Assembly: GCA_027622715.1 (NCBI GenBank) | Contig: JAQBYN010000017.1 | Span: 577 to 64,576 of the forward strand | Direction of reading: 5' to 3' | DNA length: 64,000 nt | Source of the DNA: Pseudomonadota bacterium | GTDB taxonomy: Bacteria > Pseudomonadota > Alphaproteobacteria > SHVP01 | Part shown: piece by piece, positions 1 through 6,955 of the stretch | Layout: every line of letters begins with the position of its first letter | How positions within the stretch are numbered: the first letter of the stretch is position 1 | Program-made: the position numbers and the translations under genes | The notes under the pieces: generated by a model | What the model was told of the DNA's origin: nothing | The model's input: only the letters and a program-made list of their open reading frames with translations | Database searches by the model: none

Positions 1-994
1 CATATGCGCTAAAAGTCGCCACCGTTCCGTCGCCGCTACCAACGGTCCACTTCCCTAAACTGATCCCGCCCGAAGGGACATCAACGTGCGTCAAGGTATC
101 CAAGAAGAAACCGGCAATGCGATGCTCATTGACGCCCCTCGGTTGGGAGCCAACGATCTCGCTCAGCTGGGCGGCTCGTTCTAGGTTCTTCTTTATGGTG
201 CCAAGTTTTTGACCGGTTGTGAACGCGGCGGGAAGCAAGTCAAGTTGGAGCCATGTTTCGAACTCCATGACGTCCACACGCTCGCCATTGGCAGAACAGC
301 AGTTGTATCTTGGAAGGAGTTCAAACAGCGACGGAAAGGTGAGTATGACATCTCTAATTGTTTGCATTCCTCCGGCAACGTGATTGGCAAATGGTCCCCA
401 CCCCGTTTGCAACAAGCGCAGGGTCTGAAGCGACCCGCGGTACGGCGTCCCCATGGCTACTAGGTTTTGGACTCTCCCGTTGCCAAACTCCTTGATGTAG
501 ATCCTCGCAACTAGACCACCCATGCTGTGCGCGAGAATGTCGAAATCGCCGCTTGGAATTTTTTCCTTTACGAATTGGTCGAACCGGGCCGCCGTCTCAA
601 AATTGCTCTGCCGCCAATCGTAACCAAATACGAGAAGTTGGTTGGGGGGCGCCTGGCTTTCCCGGTACCCCAATGCGCCCAAAATCTCTATAAGGGAGTC
701 ATACTGTCGGACTTTAATGAAGGGCCCGAGAAGCCTGAATTCCGTCACCAGGCCTTTTGCTTCGAAGGGCGGCGCACCCTCTATTCGTCGCAACCGGTCA
801 AGCTGAGTTAGGGAACTGACATCTCCCCAGACCAGTTGGCCGCTACTATCGGCAAGTCTCGACCCAAGTATTCCCGGAATGAAAACCAGAGGACGCTCGG
901 GCTTTGCATACGCCCCAGACGGCGGAACCATCGCGACGACGGCGCCCACTAGAAAAACCAAAGAAAATCTTAGGCTCCCCAAAGCCTCCAGCAT
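1..994 (-). CDS. Secreted LCAT/PGAP1-like alpha/beta hydrolase (lipase/acyltransferase), 3' end truncated by the window edge
   Basis: Not in the ORF track because it has no stop inside the window. Hand translation from ATG 994 is open to the edge. It shows a signal-peptide-like N-terminus, PLVFIPGILGSRL, FGYDWRQS, the nucleophile elbow AHSMGG, GTPYRGS and GDGTV, all typical of LCAT-family hydrolases. Confidence 0.85.
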   Translation of the reverse strand, partial: MLEALGSLRFSLVFLVGAVVAMVPPSGAYAKPERPLVFIPGILGSRLADSSGQLVWGDVSSLTQLDRLRRIEGAPPFEAKGLVTEFRLLGPFIKVRQYDSLIEILGALGYRESQAPPNQLLVFGYDWRQSNFETAARFDQFVKEKIPSGDFDILAHSMGGLVARIYIKEFGNGRVQNLVAMGTPYRGSLQTLRLLQTGWGPFANHVAGGMQTIRDVILTFPSLFELLPRYNCCSANGERVDVMEFETWLQLDLLPAAFTTGQKLGTIKKNLERAAQLSEIVGSQPRGVNEHRIAGFFLDTLTHVDVPSGGISLGKWTVGSGDGTVATFSAY

Positions 995-1094
995 CTTCGC
1001 GCCCCCGGGCTAGAAAGCCTACCGGGAGATATTATACCTAAGATTGTATCACGTTGCCGCCAAATTCGACCATCCCCGGTGGGATGACGCGCCG

Positions 1095-2309
1095 TTAGTC
1101 GACTTGCACGACCATCGCTTTGAGGTAGCGGCTTTGCGGTAGCATTGGATGGGCCGGGTGATCGGCGGAGGCTTCGGCAACACGCAGAACGCGCCCTTTG
1201 CGGCCGGCTAACGACAGCCCGTGCGCGACCTCATCTTCGAACGCGTCGCGCTCGACGAGATGCGAACAGGACGCAGCAAACAGAAAGCCGCCCGGGGTAA
1301 CCAAGGTGGCCGCTTGGTGAAACAGTTTGCGATACCCTTTGAGACCGACGGCCAAGTTCTTCCGCGATTTGACGAAGGCAGGCGGATCGCACACGACGAT
1401 ATCGAACCGCTCGTTCGCCTTGGCAAGGTCTTCCATGAACCCCGGCAGGGTGTGCGCCTCGAAACTGCAAATCTCGCCAACGCCATTGCGCGCCGCGGAT
1501 TCTCGCGCGAGTTCAAGGGCAGGTTCTGAACGATCGACACCCACGACGTCGCGCGCGCCCGCTTTGGCGGCGAGGATCCCGAAGCCCCCTAGGTAGCAAT
1601 AGAGATCGAGCACCCGCGCGCCTTTGGCGAGCGATGCAACAAACGCGCGGTTGTCGCGTTGATCGTAAAACCAACCGGTCTTTTGGCCGCCGCCGATGGG
1701 CGCCAAAAACAGCGCGCCGTTTTCTTCAATGACCATCGGTTCGTCGGGCAAAGTACCGATGACCTCGTCATAGAAGTTGAGACCTTCTAACGCGCGGACC
1801 GGCGAATCGTTTTTCAGAACGATCGCCCGAGGACTGAGCACCTCGCCAATCGCCCCGGTAATCGCCTCGCGATGCAGTTCCGCTCCTGCCGTATTAAGCT
1901 GACAGACCACAACATCGCCGTAACGGTCGACGATGACGCCCGGCAAGCCGTCGGCTTCGGCATGGATCAACCGGTAAAACGGCGCGGCGTAAAGCCGGTC
2001 GCGCAACGCGCACGCTTGCACCAAGCGCGCCGCAACGAAGGCCTGGTCGAAGGCCTGCTTGGGATCATCGGCAAAAACGCGCCCGGCGATCAAGCTATGT
2101 GGATTGAAGAACGCGGCGCCGAGCGGGCGGCCCATCTGTTCTTGCAAGCGCACGACGCTGCCTGGCGGGATCGCCTTCGCGGCATTGCTCATTTCGATTT
2201 CGTTGGAGAATACCCACGGACTGCCACGGCGCACCCGTTTGGTGCGGGTCACCATGACCACGGGGGTCGCGCCGGCGCTTTTTGCGGGTTCCTCGGCTAC
2301 GTCGGTCAT
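1095..2309 (-). CDS. Class I SAM-dependent rRNA methyltransferase, RlmI/YccW-like (PUA + MTase)
   Basis: Motifs PWVFSNE, EADGLPGVIVDRY, GQKTGWFYDQRDNR, VLDLYCYLGGFG and DPPAF. Start placed at ATG 2309, which overlaps the upstream TGA (ATGA). Confidence 0.9.
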   Translation of the reverse strand: MTDVAEEPAKSAGATPVVMVTRTKRVRRGSPWVFSNEIEMSNAAKAIPPGSVVRLQEQMGRPLGAAFFNPHSLIAGRVFADDPKQAFDQAFVAARLVQACALRDRLYAAPFYRLIHAEADGLPGVIVDRYGDVVVCQLNTAGAELHREAITGAIGEVLSPRAIVLKNDSPVRALEGLNFYDEVIGTLPDEPMVIEENGALFLAPIGGGQKTGWFYDQRDNRAFVASLAKGARVLDLYCYLGGFGILAAKAGARDVVGVDRSEPALELARESAARNGVGEICSFEAHTLPGFMEDLAKANERFDIVVCDPPAFVKSRKNLAVGLKGYRKLFHQAATLVTPGGFLFAASCSHLVERDAFEDEVAHGLSLAGRKGRVLRVAEASADHPAHPMLPQSRYLKAMVVQVD

Positions 2310-2563
2310 GCCCACATCGTTTCGCACACCTCGGCCCGTTCGCCGTCGGGTCCCAGAAAACTCAAGGCGCGGGCACCGTTGTAGGGCGGCGACGCCATAG
2401 CACGCGGCTCGGCGATGAGGCGCGCGTGCGCGGACTTATGAACTGCCGCGGCCACCATGTCGAGGTTCGTGCCCCACACGTCCGCCAGGAACGCGCCGAA
2501 TCGTTGCGGTGCGGCACACGCACCTGTCGCTGCGGCGAGGGTAGTGACCAGCGGTTTAGCCAC
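2306..2563 (-). CDS. Small protein or remnant resembling the C-terminal half of a VOC/glyoxalase domain
   Basis: Ends in PPYNGARALSFLGPDGERAEVCE, like the VOC 'F.DPDG..iEl' strand pair. GTG lies 2 nt after the upstream stop, and its TGA overlaps the next ATG. Confidence 0.45.
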   Translation of the reverse strand: MAKPLVTTLAAATGACAAPQRFGAFLADVWGTNLDMVAAAVHKSAHARLIAEPRAMASPPYNGARALSFLGPDGERAEVCETMWA

Positions 2564-2565
2564 GG

Positions 2566-3318
2566 TTAGTAGCGTTCCATTAGCGCGCCATAACCGCCGA
2601 TATGGTCGGCAATGCCGTTGGATCGCAGCGCATGCCAGTAAGTCGCGACATTGACACTGATTACCGGACGGTCGAGCCATTGTTCGGCGACGGCGGCGAA
2701 ACGGCCCATCGGCAGGTTGGCGCCGAACTGAATGATCGCGTCGGCGCCGTCGTCAGCAAGTTGCTGGAGGCCGTCGCGCAAGGCGCTGCGCGGCGTATGC
2801 GCAATCACGACCGGACCGGCAGAACGCAGATGCACCATGCTGCTGACCGCGTAGCCGATGTCGTCCATGAATTTCTGAATGTGCTGCTCGGCCGTCGGCA
2901 TGTAGGGCGTGAGCAAGCCAACCTTGCCGGTCACGCCATAGGCCTTCAGCGCCGCGGGTAGCGCGTCGGCCGCCAGCGTGACGCCCAGCCCGCCCGACCG
3001 TTTGGCCATGCGCGCCTTGACCTCTTGCGCCGCGGCCAAGCCACCGCCCCAAATGCTTTCTGCCGATATGCCGAGGATCATGTGATCGGGGCTGCAGGTC
3101 ATCACGCGATCGACCGCCTCTTCTAAGGCCACGTCGATGCGCCGGATCAGTTCTTCAAAGTCGGCATCGTTGGTGATCGGATCGTCCGGGATGTGCATTC
3201 GACCGACATGATTGGTGACACCGAGCGGTCGCAGGTCGTCGTATTCCGGTTGCACGATGGTATTTGTCGAGGGCGTCACGACGCCGAATTTCATCCGCCA
3301 AGCGAGGCCGTCGCCCAT
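2566..3318 (-). CDS. Maleate isomerase/arylmalonate decarboxylase-like protein (Asp/Glu racemase fold)
   Basis: Motifs FGVVTPSTNTIVQPE, LLTPY, GANLP and PVISVNVATYWHALR..G..G.G.L. RBS AAGGAG upstream. Confidence 0.85.
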   Translation of the reverse strand: MGDGLAWRMKFGVVTPSTNTIVQPEYDDLRPLGVTNHVGRMHIPDDPITNDADFEELIRRIDVALEEAVDRVMTCSPDHMILGISAESIWGGGLAAAQEVKARMAKRSGGLGVTLAADALPAALKAYGVTGKVGLLTPYMPTAEQHIQKFMDDIGYAVSSMVHLRSAGPVVIAHTPRSALRDGLQQLADDGADAIIQFGANLPMGRFAAVAEQWLDRPVISVNVATYWHALRSNGIADHIGGYGALMERY

Positions 3319-3333
3319 TGTCGTTGCTCCTTC

Positions 3334-3392
3334 TTAGGTCCAGGTCTTGCTGGCTTAGGTCCAGGTCTTGCTGGCTTAGGTCCAGGTCTTGC
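3334..3392. repeat. Tandem repeat of a 21-bp unit TTAGGTCCAGGTCTTGCTGGC, about 2.8 copies
   Basis: Exact copies at 3334-3354 and 3355-3375, partial copy at 3376-3392. The unit contains the last codons and stop of the cupin gene. Confidence 0.95.
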
Positions 3393-3759
3393 GCGCGGGC
3401 GACTTGATCTCGATGAGAACACAGTCTTCCAGCGCTTCGCTCATGTGCCACACGCCAATGGGGTGGCGCCAGACATCGCCGGGTTCGCACATGAAGGTCT
3501 CGTCGCCGATGTGCATGCGCAGCTTGCCTTCCAACAATGTCGCCACCGATTCATGGTCGTCATGCTTTTGCCACGGGTCGGTAATGCCCTTCATTTTCCA
3601 GGCTTTGAAGACCAGCATGGCCTCGGTGACCATGAGGACTTTGAGGTACAGACCCTCGGGCTCCATGACGCCCTCGACGGATTCGATCTTCACCTTTTCC
3701 AGCGCGTCATCGCGCAAGAACAGGGCCTCGAAAGGCGTCATATGGCGGTCTTCGCTCAT
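3376..3759 (-). CDS. Cupin-domain protein
   Basis: HDDHES...LLEG and PGDVWRHP.GV.H cupin motifs. Clear paralog of 60641-61030. Confidence 0.85.
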   Translation of the reverse strand: MSEDRHMTPFEALFLRDDALEKVKIESVEGVMEPEGLYLKVLMVTEAMLVFKAWKMKGITDPWQKHDDHESVATLLEGKLRMHIGDETFMCEPGDVWRHPIGVWHMSEALEDCVLIEIKSPARKTWT

Positions 3760-3887
3760 GGCATCCCCTTGGCTGCTGGTTGGCGGCTAGGCGGCGGTGG
3801 CCCCAGCTTGGCCCCCTGCAAAGCCGGATCGTAGCTGGAATTCGCTCTTTATGAGCGGTTTTCTGGCGCGGATTTCGGACGGCTGGA

Positions 3888-3934
3888 CCACAAGATGTGT
3901 GGCATCCCGAATCGAAATGCACTACAGTTTGGGG
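3888..3934 (+). promoter_or_regulatory. Tandem NrdR-box-like motifs overlapping a putative sigma70 promoter
   Basis: CCACAAGATGTGTGG (3888) and GCACTACAGTTTGGGG (3919) resemble acaCwAtATaTwGtg and are 31 bp apart. TGGCAT-N17-TACAGT lies at 3900-3928. Confidence 0.4.
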
Positions 3935-3964
3935 GTCATTAACAAAACGTAAGGAGGTGATCCA

Positions 3965-4039
3965 TTGTCTAGCGGAATATGTGGCGACAAACGCCAGTTC
4001 GGTGAAGCGACGGTGGAACTACCTTCACGGTCGGCTTAG
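3965..4039 (+). CDS. Putative 24-aa micropeptide MSSGICGDKRQFGEATVELPSRSA (or coding part of a dual-function sRNA)
   Basis: The TTG start is 7 nt after GGAGG, which sits within AAGGAGGTGATCCA (3951-3964). Stop TAG is at 4037-4039, followed by hairpins and a terminator. Confidence 0.5.
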   Translation: MSSGICGDKRQFGEATVELPSRSA

Positions 4040-4081
4040 AGGACTGGACGAATCGTCCATGGGCGTTTTACGCCTAATCTC

Positions 4082-4117
4082 GCGGGGGCGGTCTTAACGG
4101 GCCGCCCTTTCGCGTTT
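4082..4117 (+). terminator. Intrinsic terminator, possibly bidirectional
   Basis: GGGCGGTC-TTAACG-GGCCGCCC stem-loop followed by TTT, between convergent transcripts. Confidence 0.7.
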
Positions 4118-4125
4118 CGGGGTCG

Positions 4126-5292
4126 CTAATAGCTTTTCGGCAGGCCGAGCACGCGTTCGGCGATGTAGCACAGGATCAGCTGTTGGCTGACCGGCGCCAG
4201 GCGCGCGATCATCACCTCGCGCAGTAAGCGCTCCACAACAAACTCTTTGGCATAGCCATAGCCGCCGTGGGTTAGCACCGCGCGCTCGCAGGCGCGGTAG
4301 GCGACCTCGGCCGCAAGGTACTTGGCGGCGTTGGCTTCGGCGCCGCACGCTTGGCCCGTGTCGTAAAGCTGCGCCGCTTTCAGCATCAGCAGGTCGGCTG
4401 CTTCGAGTTCGGCCCAACTTTCCGCTAGCGGGTGTTGGATCGCTTGGTTTTGTCCGATGGGGCGGCCGAACACGATGCGCTCACCGGCGTATTTCGCGGC
4501 GCGTTGAATCGCGTAGCGGCCAATGCCGATCGCTTCGGCGGCGACCAAAATGCGCTCCGGGTTGAGGCCGTGCAGGAGGTAGCGGAACCCAAGCCCTTCC
4601 TCGCCAATTCGATCTTCGAGCGGCACCGGTAAGTCATCGATGAAGACCTCATTTGAGTCGACGGCCTTGCGGCCCATCTTGTCGATCTCGCGCACCGTGA
4701 CGTAATCGCGGTCGAGTTTCGTGTAGAACAACGACAGGCCATCGGTCCCCTTGGCGCCATCGTTACGCGGGGTTGTGCGGACCAACAGCAAGATGTGATC
4801 GGCCTCTTGCGCGGTGGATGTCCACACCTTGCGGCCCTGCACGATGTAGGTGTCGCCGTCGCGCACCGCTTTGGTCTTAATGCTGCCGGTATCCAGGCCG
4901 GCGTCGGGTTCGGTCACCCCAAAACAGGCGCGGTGTTCGCCCTTGATGATCGGCGGCAGCATCCGGGCCCGCTGTTCTTCCGTACCGAAAACCACCACGG
5001 GATTGAGACCGAAAATATTGAGATGAACCGACGACGCCGCGCCGAATGCGCCGGGACCGCACGCCACTGTCTGCATCATCAGCGCCGCTTCGGTGATGCC
5101 GAGCCCGGCGCCGCCGTAAGCTTGCGGCATGGCGACACCGAGCCAGCCATCCTTGGCCATCGCGTCGGCAAACTCGTGAGGAAACCCGCCCTCGTGGTCG
5201 CGCGTCAACCAATAGGTCTCGTCGAAACGCGCGGCAATGCGACCGACCGCGTCCTGGATCGCGCGCTGGTCGTCGTTTAGCGAGAAATCCAT
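4126..5292 (-). CDS. Acyl-CoA dehydrogenase family protein
   Basis: Motifs FGVTEPDAGLD, GRKVWTS, GLNPER, R.VFGRPIGQNQAIQH and THGGYGY..E..VER. Confidence 0.95.
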   Translation of the reverse strand: MDFSLNDDQRAIQDAVGRIAARFDETYWLTRDHEGGFPHEFADAMAKDGWLGVAMPQAYGGAGLGITEAALMMQTVACGPGAFGAASSVHLNIFGLNPVVVFGTEEQRARMLPPIIKGEHRACFGVTEPDAGLDTGSIKTKAVRDGDTYIVQGRKVWTSTAQEADHILLLVRTTPRNDGAKGTDGLSLFYTKLDRDYVTVREIDKMGRKAVDSNEVFIDDLPVPLEDRIGEEGLGFRYLLHGLNPERILVAAEAIGIGRYAIQRAAKYAGERIVFGRPIGQNQAIQHPLAESWAELEAADLLMLKAAQLYDTGQACGAEANAAKYLAAEVAYRACERAVLTHGGYGYAKEFVVERLLREVMIARLAPVSQQLILCYIAERVLGLPKSY

Positions 5293-5308
5293 TGGCGCGC
5301 CCCGATCC

Positions 5309-6013
5309 CTAGGTGACGAGTTCTAGAAGACAGCGGACCTCTTCGCCGTCGACGGACGTTACCGGACCGAGGAACCGGAAATCTATTTTCATCTCATGGA
5401 TACTGAAGACGCTGTTGAGGGAAAACGTCTTCTTCGCCAGTTCGCGCACCTTCTGATACGGCACAAATCGGCCGTGTGTCGTGATTTCGGCGCCACAGGC
5501 CAGCAGCACCCTGGGGCGCGACGGCGGCACCGCGTCAAGCGACACCGTGGCCCGGACATGGACAGCACACGATTCGAACCCAACGCCGACCGCTCGTTCC
5601 CGACAGTCCAGGCGGGTGGTCATGATTGTCACATGGGATCCTTTCGGTAACCCGGGTTCGGGCTCCGGCGCTTTGTACTGCGGCACCGCTGCGGCACCCG
5701 AGCCCAAGTTCAGATGCGAAAGGGCCACCCACCCCTTCAACGAAATACTCCCCTTGCGGTATTGGATCTCGGCCCAAGACCCTTGTCGCGACAACACGCC
5801 TACCGATCGACCAGCCGGCACGCCATCGACGACTGGCCCGCCGGGCGTCTCGTGGACCGTTGCGCGCTGTGTCGTCTGCGCACCCTGGCCCTGTGCTGCA
5901 GCATCGCGCGGGGTCGCCAGGCACAGCGCGGCTAGAAGGCCGCACAGCACGAGCAGTCGCCAGCTGGCACGTTCGCGCCCGGACTTCGCAACGCTGTGCG
6001 CGCGCAAGTTCAT
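5309..6013 (-). CDS. Secreted protein with a bacterial SH3-like domain and a Cys-containing C-terminal domain
   Basis: Signal peptide ending AAAQ. VHETPGGPVV..VPAG..V.VL.RQGSW.EI...GWV...L matches the SH3b pattern. ATGA overlap with the upstream gene. Confidence 0.7.
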   Translation of the reverse strand: MNLRAHSVAKSGRERASWRLLVLCGLLAALCLATPRDAAAQGQGAQTTQRATVHETPGGPVVDGVPAGRSVGVLSRQGSWAEIQYRKGSISLKGWVALSHLNLGSGAAAVPQYKAPEPEPGLPKGSHVTIMTTRLDCRERAVGVGFESCAVHVRATVSLDAVPPSRPRVLLACGAEITTHGRFVPYQKVRELAKKTFSLNSVFSIHEMKIDFRFLGPVTSVDGEEVRCLLELVT

Positions 6014-6912
6014 TTCTTGGCGCGGCGGGCCGCTTTCTTCGGCCTGGGTGCGCGGGCTTTCGCCGCAACCGGTTTTCTCTTGGCCGCCGCTTTCTTCTTG
6101 GCAGGCTTCGCGGCCTTCGCCTTCGTCGCTTTGCCCTTGGCCGCTTCGCGCTTTTCATAGTTCGCGGCGGCGCGCAGCATCGCGTGAATCATGCCAGGCT
6201 TTTCGACCATGGGTCGCGGGTGGGCCAAGCGCGAGTGGCTGTGGCCCAGGCTCAACATGGTTTCGACCATTTTGTAGGTCAGTGGGCCCGGATTGACGAC
6301 GGGCACCGGCAGGTTCTCGTTCAACCAAACGCCGGCCTGATGCATCGTGGTCGAGCCCAGCAAGATAACGTCGGCGCCCTTGGCAATGGCCCGTTCGGCC
6401 GCGGCCTTCATCAGCGGAAACATCGCCTCTTCCTTGCCGGTCATCAGCTTGGCCACATCCGTTTTGCCGCCGCCGATGGGTTCGACCGCCGCCAAGAATT
6501 GGGACAGCTGGCGCTGCTCGGCCCATTGCCGATGATTGAGACAGCCGGCCTCGTTCATCGCTAATACGCCAAAGCGCGAGCCCAGCATCAGCGCGTAGAG
6601 CATCGCCGTGCGCCCCGGGGCGACGACAGGAATATCGAGGACACTGCGCAACGCGCCCGCGGCCGAGTCCGACGTCGCGTCGATCACCACAGCGTCGTAG
6701 CCCTCTTCCTGCGCGGTGAGACCGGCCTCGAAACAACCCGCGTCCATCAAGAACCAATCATGGTCGCTCATGAAGCTCGTGCAGCTGGCTTGCACGGGGC
6801 GAAAATCGAAGTCGATATCGGGACCGAGCTTGACGGACTTGAGCTGGAGTTTCCGGTTCGCGACGCCGTCGGCGTCGAGCGGAAACGGGACGATCACGAG
6901 GCCTTTGGGCAT
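6010..6912 (-). CDS. Asp/Glu/hydantoin racemase family protein with a Lys/Ala-rich C-terminal tail
   Basis: Motifs GYDAVVID..SD, LRSVLDIPVVAPG, GADVILLGSTTM and PVPVVNP. Start re-assigned to ATG 6912 (MPKGLVIVP). Confidence 0.85.
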   Translation of the reverse strand: MPKGLVIVPFPLDADGVANRKLQLKSVKLGPDIDFDFRPVQASCTSFMSDHDWFLMDAGCFEAGLTAQEEGYDAVVIDATSDSAAGALRSVLDIPVVAPGRTAMLYALMLGSRFGVLAMNEAGCLNHRQWAEQRQLSQFLAAVEPIGGGKTDVAKLMTGKEEAMFPLMKAAAERAIAKGADVILLGSTTMHQAGVWLNENLPVPVVNPGPLTYKMVETMLSLGHSHSRLAHPRPMVEKPGMIHAMLRAAANYEKREAAKGKATKAKAAKPAKKKAAAKRKPVAAKARAPRPKKAARRAKK

Positions 6913-6955
6913 GGCTGTCGATCCTATTGTTTTTCGAATGGAGACGCGGTGGCGC

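Noticed and set aside
193-811. ORF-track entries 193-390, 209-463 and 527-811
   Set aside because: They are shadows of the long minus-strand LCAT-like frame, which carries the family motifs.
3334-3392. CRISPR array
   Set aside because: The repeats are directly adjacent with no spacers, and there are no cas genes.
3950-3964. 16S rRNA gene fragment on the minus strand
   Set aside because: Only the terminal 14 nt match and the flanks do not continue as 16S sequence. Better explained as an extended Shine-Dalgarno.
5481-6564. Long antisense or alternate-frame ORFs here and throughout (e.g. 18550-19422, 21280-22095, 45898-46728, 60014-60853)
   Set aside because: They overlap well-supported genes, are Arg/Pro/Ala-rich without motifs, and are expected in high-GC DNA.
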